The notes under the pieces: generated by a model | The model's database searches: none | What the model was told of the DNA's origin: nothing | Seen by the model: only the letters and a program-made list of their open reading frames with translations | Made by a program: the position numbers and the translations under genes | Part shown: positions 9,434 through 20,000 of the stretch, one piece after another | Layout of the letters: each line of letters opens with the position of its first letter | How positions within the stretch are numbered: the first letter of the stretch is position 1 | Origin: an uncultured Candidatus Saccharibacteria bacterium | Lineage (GTDB): Bacteria > Patescibacteriota > Saccharimonadia > Saccharimonadales > Saccharimonadaceae | NCBI GenBank assembly: GCA_947428935.1 | Contig: CANENS010000001.1 | Span: 29,965 to 93,964 of the forward strand | DNA length: 64,000 bases | Direction: 5' to 3'

Positions 9434-9928
9434 ACTGATTTGCGTTTTTCAAATGTTTTGGTCGAAGATCAAGCAACGCAGCTTGGGCGGAAGATAGATC
9501 GTTTGAATAATGATTTGTATAGACCGGAAAGCCTTCTGGAAGAAAAGGAAGATTAGCTAAATCGTAAAATGCTCTAGCTTGCTAGGGCATTTTTGCATAC
9601 TTTTTGGTGTTTATGGCTATTTTAGCCGGTCTAGGTGGTTTTTAGTATAAAACGCATACTGGTAGCGGTTTATTGTTAGAAAGGGCTTCTGGAGGCTCTA
9701 AAGAGGTTTCTAGGGGTATTGTAGAATAGGGCTAGGAGGCACGGATAGGCATTTTAAGGCTATTCTGGCTTCTGAGAGCCGTATAACGGCGTATGATGAT
9801 GTTTATGGCTAGAATGGGCTGAAAATGGTGAAATATAGCGAAATAGCGGGAGTTTTTGGGGCTTAGCTCTGAAAATATGCGCTCAGGCTGGTAAAGTGGG
9901 GGAGATTGTAGTATTATTAAGAATAAGC

Positions 9929-11686
9929 ATGTCGGATAACAAAAAAATGCTTAATCGGAATAAAGTCTTGCGCGTGGGGCTGCTGTTGGTTATGGCCGTG
10001 ATTGTGACGCGGCTGTTTTTTATCCAAATTGTGGAGCACGACGAATGGCTGGCGAAGGCGGCGGCGCAGCAGACTTTGCAGAGTACGATTGTGGCGAAGC
10101 GGGGCGAAATTTATATGATGGATGGGGATGAGCCGGCGCCGGTGGTGATGAACGCGACGGTCTATACCGTGATTGTGGATCCGATGCTGGCGAATCGGGA
10201 AGAGATTGAAACGCAACTGAATCAGATTTTGGGCGAGCGGCGTATGGCGGAATGGGATGAGGTATTTGCTGATAAGACGCGGCGGTATTATATCGTGGCG
10301 AAGAATTTGCCGCGGGCTCAGGCGGAGCAAATTGCGAAGGGGGAGCTGGAGGGAGTTTGGTTGCAGGGAAATACAGAGCGAGTTTATCCGGAAGGGGATT
10401 TGGGTGCGAAAGTACTGGGGTTTGTGAATGCGGATGGGGTTGGTCAATATGGGGTGGAAGGGTCGTTGAATGAGCGCTTGGCAGGGAAGGATGGATTGTT
10501 GCGAACGGTGAAGGATATTAATAACGTGGCGCTTTCGATCGGAGAAGGGAATATTAAAACACCGGCGGTCGATGGTGAAAATATTGTCTTGACGATTGAT
10601 AAAACCATGCAGCATAATATTGAGCGGTTGATTCAAGAGCAGACCGGTAAGGTGGGTTTTTCGCATATTAGTGCGCTAGTGATGGACCCGCGTGATGGGC
10701 GGATTTTGGCTATGGCCGATACGCCGAGCTATGATCCGGGTGATTTTGGTAATGTGGAGAGTGCGGAGGTTTATATTAATCACGTGATTGAAGATCCGTA
10801 TGAGCCGGCGAGTGTTTGCAAAACTTTTACTTTTGCAGCTGGTTTGGAGTACGGGGTTTTGACGCCGGAGTCAACTTATGTCAATCAAGGTGTGACTTAT
10901 GTTGACAATTGGCCGATTAAGAATGCAGCACAAAATCCAGGCTTGTTGGGAACGACTACGATTCAGACGGCACTGAATTGGTCGTTGAATACGGGTTCGA
11001 CGCAGGCCTTGCGTTGGTTGGGCGGGAGCGAGGTGGAAATTAATGCTCAGGGGAGGGAACGTTTATATGAATACTTTCATAACCATTTTGGGTTAGGGCA
11101 GGAAACGGGAATCGAACTTTATGAAGCGACCGGAACTGTTATGGAACCGAATGCGGAAGTGTATGGTATTGATTCAACTTATGCCAATATGACTTTTGGA
11201 CAGAATATGCAAGTGACGATGCTGCAGACGGCGGCGGGGTTTGCTTCGGTGGTAAATGGTGGGCAGTATTTTGCGCCGACGATTATCGCAGGAAAGATGG
11301 AGAATGGGGAATTTGTCAAGGCGGAGCAGCGGGAAGCCGTGCGGGAGGCGGTGCGTCCGGAAACTAGTGCCACTATGCGTGAAATGCTGTATAATACAAG
11401 GAGAACTTGGCGAGGGAACGGGACTGATCCGGCTGGGTATTATGTCGGTGGGAAGACCGGAACAGCGCAGGTGATTCGGAATGGGGCGTATGTGTTGGAT
11501 GAGACCGTGGCGACTTACGTTGGTTTTGGCGGAACGGAAGGGGAATTGCCAGAGTATGTTATAATGGTGAGAGTGTGGGAGGACGGCAAGAAGGCAGAAG
11601 GTGATACGCACGCAGTGGTGGTTTTTAATGCGCTGAAGGGGTATGTGCAGGATCGGTTACGGGTGCGGCCGGCAGCAACGGAATAA
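9929..11686 (+). CDS. ftsI: Class B penicillin-binding protein FtsI/PBP3
   Basis: N-terminal TM, RGEIY, PASVCK (SxxK), SLN (SxN) and KTGTAQ motifs; dcw context. Confidence 0.9.
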   Translation: MSDNKKMLNRNKVLRVGLLLVMAVIVTRLFFIQIVEHDEWLAKAAAQQTLQSTIVAKRGEIYMMDGDEPAPVVMNATVYTVIVDPMLANREEIETQLNQILGERRMAEWDEVFADKTRRYYIVAKNLPRAQAEQIAKGELEGVWLQGNTERVYPEGDLGAKVLGFVNADGVGQYGVEGSLNERLAGKDGLLRTVKDINNVALSIGEGNIKTPAVDGENIVLTIDKTMQHNIERLIQEQTGKVGFSHISALVMDPRDGRILAMADTPSYDPGDFGNVESAEVYINHVIEDPYEPASVCKTFTFAAGLEYGVLTPESTYVNQGVTYVDNWPIKNAAQNPGLLGTTTIQTALNWSLNTGSTQALRWLGGSEVEINAQGRERLYEYFHNHFGLGQETGIELYEATGTVMEPNAEVYGIDSTYANMTFGQNMQVTMLQTAAGFASVVNGGQYFAPTIIAGKMENGEFVKAEQREAVREAVRPETSATMREMLYNTRRTWRGNGTDPAGYYVGGKTGTAQVIRNGAYVLDETVATYVGFGGTEGELPEYVIMVRVWEDGKKAEGDTHAVVVFNALKGYVQDRLRVRPAATE

Positions 11687-11720
11687 AAGAGATGGTAAAA
11701 AGGAAAAATAAGTAATAATT

Positions 11721-12749
11721 ATGGAAGATACGCTCAATAATGAGACATTTTATGGATTAATTTTGGCGCTTTCGGCTTTTTTCTTGGCGACCTTTTTGAC
11801 GCCGATTTATACACATTTCGCTTATAAATATAAATTTTGGAAAAAGCAGAAGAAAACCACGGCTACGGGCGATGCCTTGCCGATTATGACAAAACTGCAC
11901 GAGAAGAAGTTTGCGCGAGCTTTTCCGACTATGGCGGGGGTGATTGGGGTGGTGACGGTGGCGATTGTGACCTATGTCTGCAACTGGAACCGAGAGCAAA
12001 CCTGGCTACCGCTGGCGGGGTTTTTGGGCGGGAGTTTGGTAGGATTGATCGATGATTTGATTAATGTTTTTGGTTCGGGTCGGGGCGCAGCGGGACTGCG
12101 TGCACCGGTGAAATTCTTTATGATCTCGGCGATTGGGGTGATTCTGGGCTGGTGGTTTGCGGTGAAATTAGGCTGGACGGCGATCGAAGTGCCGTTTCTG
12201 GGTGATTGGCACGTCGGTACGGTGGGCATGATTCTGATTTTTGCCTTTGCGGTGGTGGCGACTTCGAATGCGGTTAATATCTCGGACGGTCTGGATGGGT
12301 TGGCTGGTGGGTTAGCCATGCTTTCCTATGCGGCTTATGGTGCGATTGCACTGTTTCAGGGACAGTGGATGTTAGCGGGCTTTTGTTTGACGGTGGTGGG
12401 GTGGTTGCTGTCGTATATTTGGTTTAATGTGCCTCCAGCGCGCTTTATGATGGGGGACGTGGGCTCTTTTGCGATTGGCGCTGGACTGGGCGTGGTGGCG
12501 ATGATGACGAATGCCTTTTTCCTCTTGCCGATTATTGGCTTTTTATTTGTGGTTGAAGCAGGATCTTCGCTGTTGCAAATGTTTTGGAAAAAAGTGTTCA
12601 AGAAGAAACTTTTTATCTCGGCGCCGATTCATCATCATTTGGAGGCGACTGGTTGGGGAGAAGCCAAGATTGTCATGCGATTTTGGGTGATTGCAGGAGT
12701 ATTGGCGATTGTGGGCGTGTTTCTGGCGGTACAAGGGGGAATTGTATGA
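11721..12749 (+). CDS. mraY: Phospho-N-acetylmuramoyl-pentapeptide transferase MraY
   Basis: PTMAG, GLIDD, NAVNISDGLDGLA, MGDVGS, APIHHH. Confidence 0.96.
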   Translation: MEDTLNNETFYGLILALSAFFLATFLTPIYTHFAYKYKFWKKQKKTTATGDALPIMTKLHEKKFARAFPTMAGVIGVVTVAIVTYVCNWNREQTWLPLAGFLGGSLVGLIDDLINVFGSGRGAAGLRAPVKFFMISAIGVILGWWFAVKLGWTAIEVPFLGDWHVGTVGMILIFAFAVVATSNAVNISDGLDGLAGGLAMLSYAAYGAIALFQGQWMLAGFCLTVVGWLLSYIWFNVPPARFMMGDVGSFAIGAGLGVVAMMTNAFFLLPIIGFLFVVEAGSSLLQMFWKKVFKKKLFISAPIHHHLEATGWGEAKIVMRFWVIAGVLAIVGVFLAVQGGIV

Positions 12750-13002
12750 TGAGAGGGGGCTTTGTAGCGGTTTTTTTGGCTATTTTTGGAAAGACAAGCT
12801 TTTTGGCGAAAAAGTTTAAGAAAAGCCTTGTAACTCTGAGGGTGGTGAATAAAGATGCGTTTGCGCGATCTTTTGAGCGATGCAGGAGGGACTATTTTGT
12901 TTCCGTAAATTATGCCAAAAATGGGAATTACACATATTTTAAGGCAAAGAGTATTGACTTTTTTGATAACGTGTGCTATAATGGAAGGATAGGGTCCTGA
13001 TA

Positions 13003-14217
13003 ATGCGGAAACATAAGAGCGACCGGATTATTGGAGCGTTGACGGTGATTTTGCTGGGGATGGGGCTGATCGTGATTTATGCGATTGGTCCGATGCGGGC
13101 GAACGTTATGAATGCGACTTATGGAACCGATTATAGCGATAATTATTTCTTCTTCCGGCAGTTGTTTAGTGTGGTTTTGTCGTTAGCGGTGATTGTGCTG
13201 GCTTTTCGGGTACCGTACCGGATTGTGCGGAAGTTCGGTAAGCTGTTTCTAGTATTAGGGTTGTTGCTTTGTGCGCTTTTGGCAGTATTATCTTGGATGA
13301 ATAGCCCCTTGGTGAGTTGCCAGTTGGGCGCTTGCCGCTGGTTTGATTTGGGTGGGATGTTGAGTTTGCAACCGGCGGAGATTTTGAAGTTGGGGCTAGT
13401 GCTGTATTTGGCGGGGTTTTTGGCAGAAAAGCGCAAGAACGGCATGTTGGATAGTATAGTGGATTTTTGGTTGCCGTTCGGGATTGCTTGTGGTCTGTCT
13501 CTGGTGTTTGTGATTGTGATTCAGAAGGATTTAGGAACGGGAACAACTTTGATTGCAATTATTATGGCGATGCTATTTATGAGTGGGGTGAGTTTGAAAA
13601 AATATTTGGTGGTGTGTGTTTTGATTTTGATAGCGGGGGCGATAGCGATTTTGGGGTCGCCTTATCGCCGCGAGCGATTGTTAACTTTTAGTTCGGATGA
13701 ATCGAGCGATTCTTATCATATTGAGAACGCGATGATTGCGATTGGTACCGGCGGATTTTTAGGGGTAGGGATTGGTAATAGCGTGCAGGCGACCGGTTAT
13801 TTGCCGGAGTCGATTAACGATTCCGTGTTTGCGGTTATGGGCGAGACCTTCGGTTTTGTCGGGCTAGTGGCGATCATTGCGAGCTTTACGTTGCTGCTGA
13901 TGCGGTTGTTGCGTACGGCGAATTATTTACATGACGATGAGGAGTCGCTGGTGGTGATTGGGGTTTTTGCCTGGGCGGCGGCGCATGTGATCGTGAATAT
14001 TGCCGCGATGACTAGTCTGATCCCGTTGACTGGGATTACGTTGCCGTTGCTTAGTTATGGTGGAACTAGTATGCTATTTATGGCGGCGGCTTTGGGCTTA
14101 GCTTTACAATTATCTTGTTATACGAGCCGGGAGCCGCGTAAGGAACAACCGCGCGTTTCACGCAAGGCAGTAGAGAATGCTTCGCCGCGGCGTCGTCAAT
14201 TACGGAGGAATGTGTGA
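13003..14217 (+). CDS. ftsW: SEDS family protein FtsW
   Basis: QPAEILK, QKDLGT, LPESINDSVFA, PLTGITLPLLSYGGTS. Confidence 0.93.
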   Translation: MRKHKSDRIIGALTVILLGMGLIVIYAIGPMRANVMNATYGTDYSDNYFFFRQLFSVVLSLAVIVLAFRVPYRIVRKFGKLFLVLGLLLCALLAVLSWMNSPLVSCQLGACRWFDLGGMLSLQPAEILKLGLVLYLAGFLAEKRKNGMLDSIVDFWLPFGIACGLSLVFVIVIQKDLGTGTTLIAIIMAMLFMSGVSLKKYLVVCVLILIAGAIAILGSPYRRERLLTFSSDESSDSYHIENAMIAIGTGGFLGVGIGNSVQATGYLPESINDSVFAVMGETFGFVGLVAIIASFTLLLMRLLRTANYLHDDEESLVVIGVFAWAAAHVIVNIAAMTSLIPLTGITLPLLSYGGTSMLFMAAALGLALQLSCYTSREPRKEQPRVSRKAVENASPRRRQLRRNV

Positions 14218-15488
14218 TGGGACGGCGGAAAAGTCGGCGGGGAATGAGAGTGCTAGTGGTAGGGGGCGGCTCTGGGGGGCATATTACGCCGGCGGTAGCG
14301 GTGGTGCGGGAATTGTTAGAGTTGAAGCCGCAGAGTAAAGTAGAGTTTTGGACTGATCGTAAATATTATAAAAATGTGGTGAAGATTACGACCGAAATCG
14401 GTATGCCATGGAGCGAGGACGCGGAACGGACGGGGAAGCATATTCGCGTGAGGAAGGTTTGGTCGGGGAAGTTTCGGCGTTATGCCGGTTGGACCTGGCA
14501 AGATTATTTTAAATATTGGAAAATTACGCTTGGTGATTTGGTTTTTAAAAATTTGATTGGTTTTTTTGGTTTCATTGGCGGTATTTTGCAGACTTTTGTG
14601 CGTTTGCTCTGGCCAGGGAATCGGCCGGACGTGATTTTTCTAAAGGGTGGTTTTGTGGGTTTGCCGGTTGGCATCGTAGCGAGATTTTATGGAATTCCTT
14701 ATGTAGTGCATGAGTCAGATGCGGTGCCGGGGCTTGCTAATCGACTGCTAATGAAGCACGCGACGGTGATTGCTACGGGATGGAGTGGTTTGCAGAGTAA
14801 GCGACTGATGGTGCAGGTGGGAGTGCCGGTGGCGGCGGAATTTCATCAATTGAGCGTTGCCGAACAGAAGAAATTGAAAAAAACTTTCGGCTTTGATCCG
14901 GGTGAACCGCTATTGGTGGTGACTGGAGGCAGTCAAGGAGCGGAGAGTATTAATCAAGCTTTGATCGAGATTTTGCCAGAATTGTTGAAATTTACCAGCG
15001 TAGGCTTGGTTGCGGGGCGTAAGTATTACGAGGAAATGGTGAAGTTGAAGCATTATGAGGAATGGGAAAAGGCAAAATTGAAGTCGAATTTTCGGCTTTG
15101 GGAATTCCATTCGGCTATGCATGAGTTGATGGGCGCGGCGGATGTGGTGGTAAGCCGGGCGGGAGCAACTACGATTGCGGAATTGGCGGCTCTGGAGAAA
15201 GCGGTGATTGTCGTGCCGTTTGAGCGTCTGCCGGGTGGCCATCAAGTGAAAAATGCGGAGAAATTGGCGCAGGAAGGTTCGGCGCTGGTGATTTTGGATG
15301 AAGATTTGCGGAAGAACCCGAAAATCTTGTTGCAGGATGTGCGGCATTTAATGCGTGCCCCAAAGGCACGTGCGGAGTTGGCGCAGAAATTGCACTGTTC
15401 AGCGCGTCCAGATGCGGCGAAGCGCTTGGCGCAGATTTTGATCGACGTCAGAGAAGGCAAAATAGTAAACGATAAGACAAAGGGGTAA
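14214..15488 (+). CDS. murG: Lipid II N-acetylglucosaminyltransferase MurG
   Basis: GGGSGGHITP, KGGFVG, HESDAVPGLAN, GGSQGA, SRAGATT, HQVKNA. Confidence 0.96.
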   Translation: MMGRRKSRRGMRVLVVGGGSGGHITPAVAVVRELLELKPQSKVEFWTDRKYYKNVVKITTEIGMPWSEDAERTGKHIRVRKVWSGKFRRYAGWTWQDYFKYWKITLGDLVFKNLIGFFGFIGGILQTFVRLLWPGNRPDVIFLKGGFVGLPVGIVARFYGIPYVVHESDAVPGLANRLLMKHATVIATGWSGLQSKRLMVQVGVPVAAEFHQLSVAEQKKLKKTFGFDPGEPLLVVTGGSQGAESINQALIEILPELLKFTSVGLVAGRKYYEEMVKLKHYEEWEKAKLKSNFRLWEFHSAMHELMGAADVVVSRAGATTIAELAALEKAVIVVPFERLPGGHQVKNAEKLAQEGSALVILDEDLRKNPKILLQDVRHLMRAPKARAELAQKLHCSARPDAAKRLAQILIDVREGKIVNDKTKG

Positions 15489-15496
15489 AATCAATA

Positions 15497-16060
15497 ATGC
15501 GTGGGCGAAATAATGAATCGAAACGAATGCGTGCTGGTCGTACGATCGTGGCGGAGCGCGAGCGGATTGAATCTGATTCGGAGCGAATGCAGGCTCGTAA
15601 GAAGGTGAAGCGCAAGCATACAACGTTGGTAATCCTGGTGCTGTTGATTTTGGTGGCGATTGGGCTGGCGATTTTCTTAGGCATGAAGGAGCTCTCGAAG
15701 GAATACGTGGTGATTGGCGATGCGAAGGAGAAAAGCGAACCCTATGTAGTACAGGCTATGATTGTCGACGAAGATAATCGTGGGCAGATTTCGATGCGGG
15801 TGAATCAATATATTGGTGAATTAGAGCAAGCGTTTGCGGATTTGGGATATAAAGTGGTAAAAGTAACGCTGCCGACTGGTAAAAGCCGTGAGCTCTATGT
15901 GGATTTAGAGGGTAGAGAAACCTTTTTCAAAGTTAGTATGGAGCGGGGTGCAGCTGTGATAGCTGAAGATGCTGCGAGGATGATTCGTTATCTGGACGGT
16001 CACGATATACACCCGGTTTATGTTGATGTACGAGTAGAGGGAAAGGGGTATTATCAATAG
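15497..16060 (+). CDS. FtsQ/DivIB-like single-pass division protein
   Basis: Basic N-tail, one TM, C-terminal YVDVRVEGKGYY resembles the FtsQ C-terminus; follows murG. Confidence 0.6.
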   Translation: MRGRNNESKRMRAGRTIVAERERIESDSERMQARKKVKRKHTTLVILVLLILVAIGLAIFLGMKELSKEYVVIGDAKEKSEPYVVQAMIVDEDNRGQISMRVNQYIGELEQAFADLGYKVVKVTLPTGKSRELYVDLEGRETFFKVSMERGAAVIAEDAARMIRYLDGHDIHPVYVDVRVEGKGYYQ

Positions 16061-16333
16061 AATTCGGTTTCGGCTCATCACGTTGAAATTTTAATTTCGC
16101 TATTGACTTTTTTGGTAATATGTGCTATAATAAGGGTAGAGGGTGGTTTTTGACGGGCTGATTTTTCTAAACGCTAGTTCTCTGATGAAAACTAGGGAAT
16201 TACGTTCAAAGAAAATGAATAAAAGACTTAGTGATCAGATCAACACAACGAATCATAATGGCTGACTATCGTGCTTGTGTTTGCATATAAATGATGTATG
16301 TAATAATGTGTGTGCTTTTTGGCATTGCTTATA

Positions 16334-16510
16334 ATTATCATTGTTGCCTACGCTCGAGCAGCGGAGGGGAGGAGTTCCAGCGATCGTAGCTGTTGGACGG
16401 GTGGACGCCAGAAGCAGTAAAGACAAGATAGTATGCATAACGAAGACTAGAAGAATTAGCCCGGGACGACCATTCGTAACCGTTGCTACTGATGTAGACG
16501 TACCCGCGAC
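16334..16510 (-). repeat. Orphan VR-like cassette 4 (type B end; 24-nt internal deletion, 2-nt frameshift)
   Basis: Minus strand: GYVYISSNGYEWSSRANSSSLRYAYYLVFTASGVHPSNSYDRWNS, then shifted PLRCSSV. Confidence 0.85.
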
Positions 16511-16621
16511 AGAGCGTTTTTAAGTTCGGTTTTTGTTCGGTTATTTATAATCAAGAGGATGATATGGGGAGCGTTGATCCGTGTGGTGATGGGGTAAAAA
16601 CGCCGATAGCGTTTGTAGGTA

Positions 16622-16812
16622 AGGAACAATGAGGGGAAGCGGTATTAAAGTTAGCAGCAGAGACGTCAATTTTAATCGTAAAAACCGTAAGCGAAGAAAT
16701 GAGTTTATCGGCTGGTACATTTCGCGAGGCCTAGATATAGCGTCGTAAAATCTGTATTGTGCGACGTTAAGATTCCTCCCCATCAACGATTACAAATGTA
16801 TGAACGTATACA
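16622..16812 (-). repeat. Possible heavily decayed VR-like cassette 5
   Basis: TACGTTCATACATTTGTAATCGTTGATGGG aligns to the cassette 5' part; TAT ATC TAG GCC TCG CGA AAT aligns to Y-x-W-S-S-R-N; ends GCTTCCCCTCATTGTTCC. Confidence 0.45.
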
Positions 16813-17060
16813 CTCGGCTAGTACGGGAGCGGGCTTGTCCTCCCGTTCCGAGTTCGCTGTTCCATTCCCCTGTAATAAAGTTCCCAAAAAAGTTGCATTT
16901 CCTGGAATTGACCCGAACAGTATCGAGGCTCTAGAGAACGGAGCGCCCTATTCGATCTTGTCCGAAACTGGTAACGCTCGGAAAAATAACAATAGGTTAT
17001 CTATGAATATTAAATCCATAAAAAGAAAGGAAAAGCATGGATATTAAAGAGTTATGATCT

Positions 17061-20000
17061 TTAATTTTGCGGATTTTGCTCGTGTAGAGATATTTCGGCA
17101 TTGTCTGACAATTCCCGTGGCGGTTCGGAGTAGATTTGCGGATCATTATTATAATAGCTCGAATCCGGTGAATTGGGGTATGGATAGACTTGTGGTTGCG
17201 ATTGATAGTCACCATAGACGTTTTGAGCTTGCTGGTAATACTGTGCTGAGGGATCCTGAAGGTTATTTGAGGTATTATAATACTGGTCGTTATTATAATA
17301 TGCGTTGTTGTCGTAATAAGTGCTTTGCTCATAACCTTGAGTGTAGCTTTCGGGAACAGCTTGTGGGTGATTCTGGAGGAAGTTTTCGGCGCTTAAGGCG
17401 ACCTTGCCGGTTGCAACAAGGCGTGGGTTAGCCACTTGACCGACGAAGCGCGCGGCGGCATTTTGGGCCGCTTGCAGTTGCTGTATACTGGCTCCACTAG
17501 GCTTAGGCTGGGTATGATTGAACTTTTGGCCTAAGTCTTCTTCGTCGGTCTGTATGGACAAAGATACCTTTGCTTGAGCCGTATTGTTGCTGAGCGGATT
17601 TTTTGCCTTTGACGTTTTTTCTAGTTTGCTGCCCTTCTTTTCTCGTTCCTTTTTGACTTTATCTTTAACTTTATCTTTGGGTTTCTGGTCATTAAGGGTG
17701 GATTTTTCGTTATTTTTAGGGTTTTTGGGCGTTTTTTGGACTGGAGTGGGGTCATGGGAAGGTTTTTCATCGCGAGTTCTCTGAGCCGCTTTCTGGGGCT
17801 CCACATGGGTATTCCTAGGAGTGTTAATTGGTTTTTTCGCTAACGGCTGCTTTGGCTGCGTCTTTTCGGGCGTTGTGGGTTCTCCAGACGGCTTTTCTGT
17901 GGTTGTAGGCTTCTGGCCGGGCGTAACGGCTGGTGTATTTTCGGCAGCTTTAGGAGCGGGTTCTGGTGTCTTCTTGGCCTGCTTTTGTGCCACCAAATTC
18001 CCTAAATCCTTGAGACCGAGGCGGTTTTTACCCTCAGCGGCGTTAGGAGAGAGTTTCATTTTGCGGAAATCAGTCTGAGGCGTAGTGGGCACGAATTTAT
18101 AGTTCGGTTTTTGTTCGGTTTTATTCCCTATTGAAGGGGAACTGGTAGTAGTGCTCTGTTCGCCGGCGTTGCGACCGCTATCGGAGAGTTCTTTTTTGTA
18201 TTTTTCTGATTGCTCGATGGTTTCGCGGATTTCGGCTTCAATCTCGGACCGGGGGCGGGCAAAATTAGCGCGAGAATACTCGACGATTTTATCAAAATTG
18301 TCTTGCGGCGTCTCTGGAATTGAGAGGGTAGTGGCGGAGAAGGCCGGGGCTTTTTCGCCGTTAATGATCATAGAAATGACGAAATGACGGTTGTTAAGTT
18401 GAATCAAGTCGCTTTGGTCAAAAATCGGCTCGAACTGTTTTGATAAAATTGGTGCATCATCGGCGGAGACACGAAAACTGATGGTGGTACCGACGTTACC
18501 AAAGACGGCGTCGCGTACCGAATCAGTCATTTGCGACGTATATTGGTTGGCCACTGTGAGATTCAGTCCATATTTACGAGCCTCTGAGAGAATGACGGCG
18601 AAACTATCGGTGGCAAAGTTCTGGAACTCGTCTACATAGAGGTAAAATGGCCGCCGATCGCTAACTTCGGCGATGTCGGAGCGTGACATGGCAGCGAGCT
18701 GAACTTTGGTGATGATGAAAGCGCCGAGGATAGCGGCGTTGTCTTCACCAATTAAGCCTTTGGAAAGATTAACTACTAGGATTTTCCCTTCGTCCATGAT
18801 TTTGCGGATATCGAAGCTAGATTTGGGTTGACCGATAATGTTGCGAATGATTGGGTTGGCCGTGAAGGCGCCGACCTTGTTAAGCACTGGCGCGATGCTT
18901 TCGTTGACTTGTTTTTCATTCCATTGGCCAAATTCGTGTTTCCAGAACTGGAGCACGGTGACATCTTGGCAATAATCAAGCGTTTCTTTGCGAAAGTCTT
19001 TGTCGGTTAGGAGCCGGGAAACGTCAAGTAAGGTGGTCTCTGGGCGGTCTAAGAGTGCCAGGAGAGTGTACCGTAAAATATGCTCGAGACGTGGACCCCA
19101 AGAATCGCCGAACATACGCTTCAAAACGCCGATCACTTCTGAACAGACATTGGGTTTGCGGGCCGGATCAGAAAGCTCAAGTGGGTTGAAGGCAACTGGG
19201 TAATTGACATCGGCAGGGTTGAAGTAAACTACGTCTTCAATTCGGCCTTCTGGCACGAAGCGCAAATTGTCGATTGCAAAATCGCCATGTGGGTCAACGA
19301 TACAATAACCCTGGTCGTGAAAAGTATCACTCAGCGCAAAAAGTTCTAGCATGCCGCTTTTACCAGCGCCGGTTTGCCCAATAATATAGACGTGGCGTGA
19401 ACGATCACGGCGATAAAGCCCAAACTGATGATTGATGCCACGAAAATTAGTTAAGCCGAAGGCCGAGATGGCATCGTCGTTGGCGGGGTCGCCGGTAATT
19501 AACGGCAGCTTAGCTGGCGGCTCGGCGGTTTTGGAGGAAGCCCAGACGATATTAGGTGTTTCCACGGAAGTATGTGGCAGGTGATAAACCGAAGCGAGCT
19601 CGGAAATATTGAGAATAAAACCGCGTTCGGCGAAATGACGCAATTTATAATGGTCCAGGGCGTCGGCATCGAAGCTACCTTTGGTTAGTTTGAAGCCGTT
19701 CAGGCTGGTTGAATTGTATTGCTTAAAAGTGCCGACTAGTGCTTGCATATTGAGTTTAGCGTTGGTTTGGTCGTTGCCGAGGTAAGCCAGGCGGATTTTG
19801 ACTTCGTAGCCGAGTTTGGCGGCTTTTTCTTCGGCTTTAGCGATGCGTGTTTTGTCGAGTTCGGAAAGTTCGGGCTTGGCTTCGTCTTCACTACCGCCGG
19901 TCGGAGGCCGAAAAAGCGCGCCCAAGGCTTCTACTAACCAAGACCAATCCAGACCCAGAAAAATCGACTTCCCTCTTCCCTCTTTGACTCTTTTGATGTA

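Noticed and set aside
16171-16196. CTGATGA suggesting a hammerhead ribozyme
   Set aside because: No stem II/GAAA core; it is a simple hairpin loop
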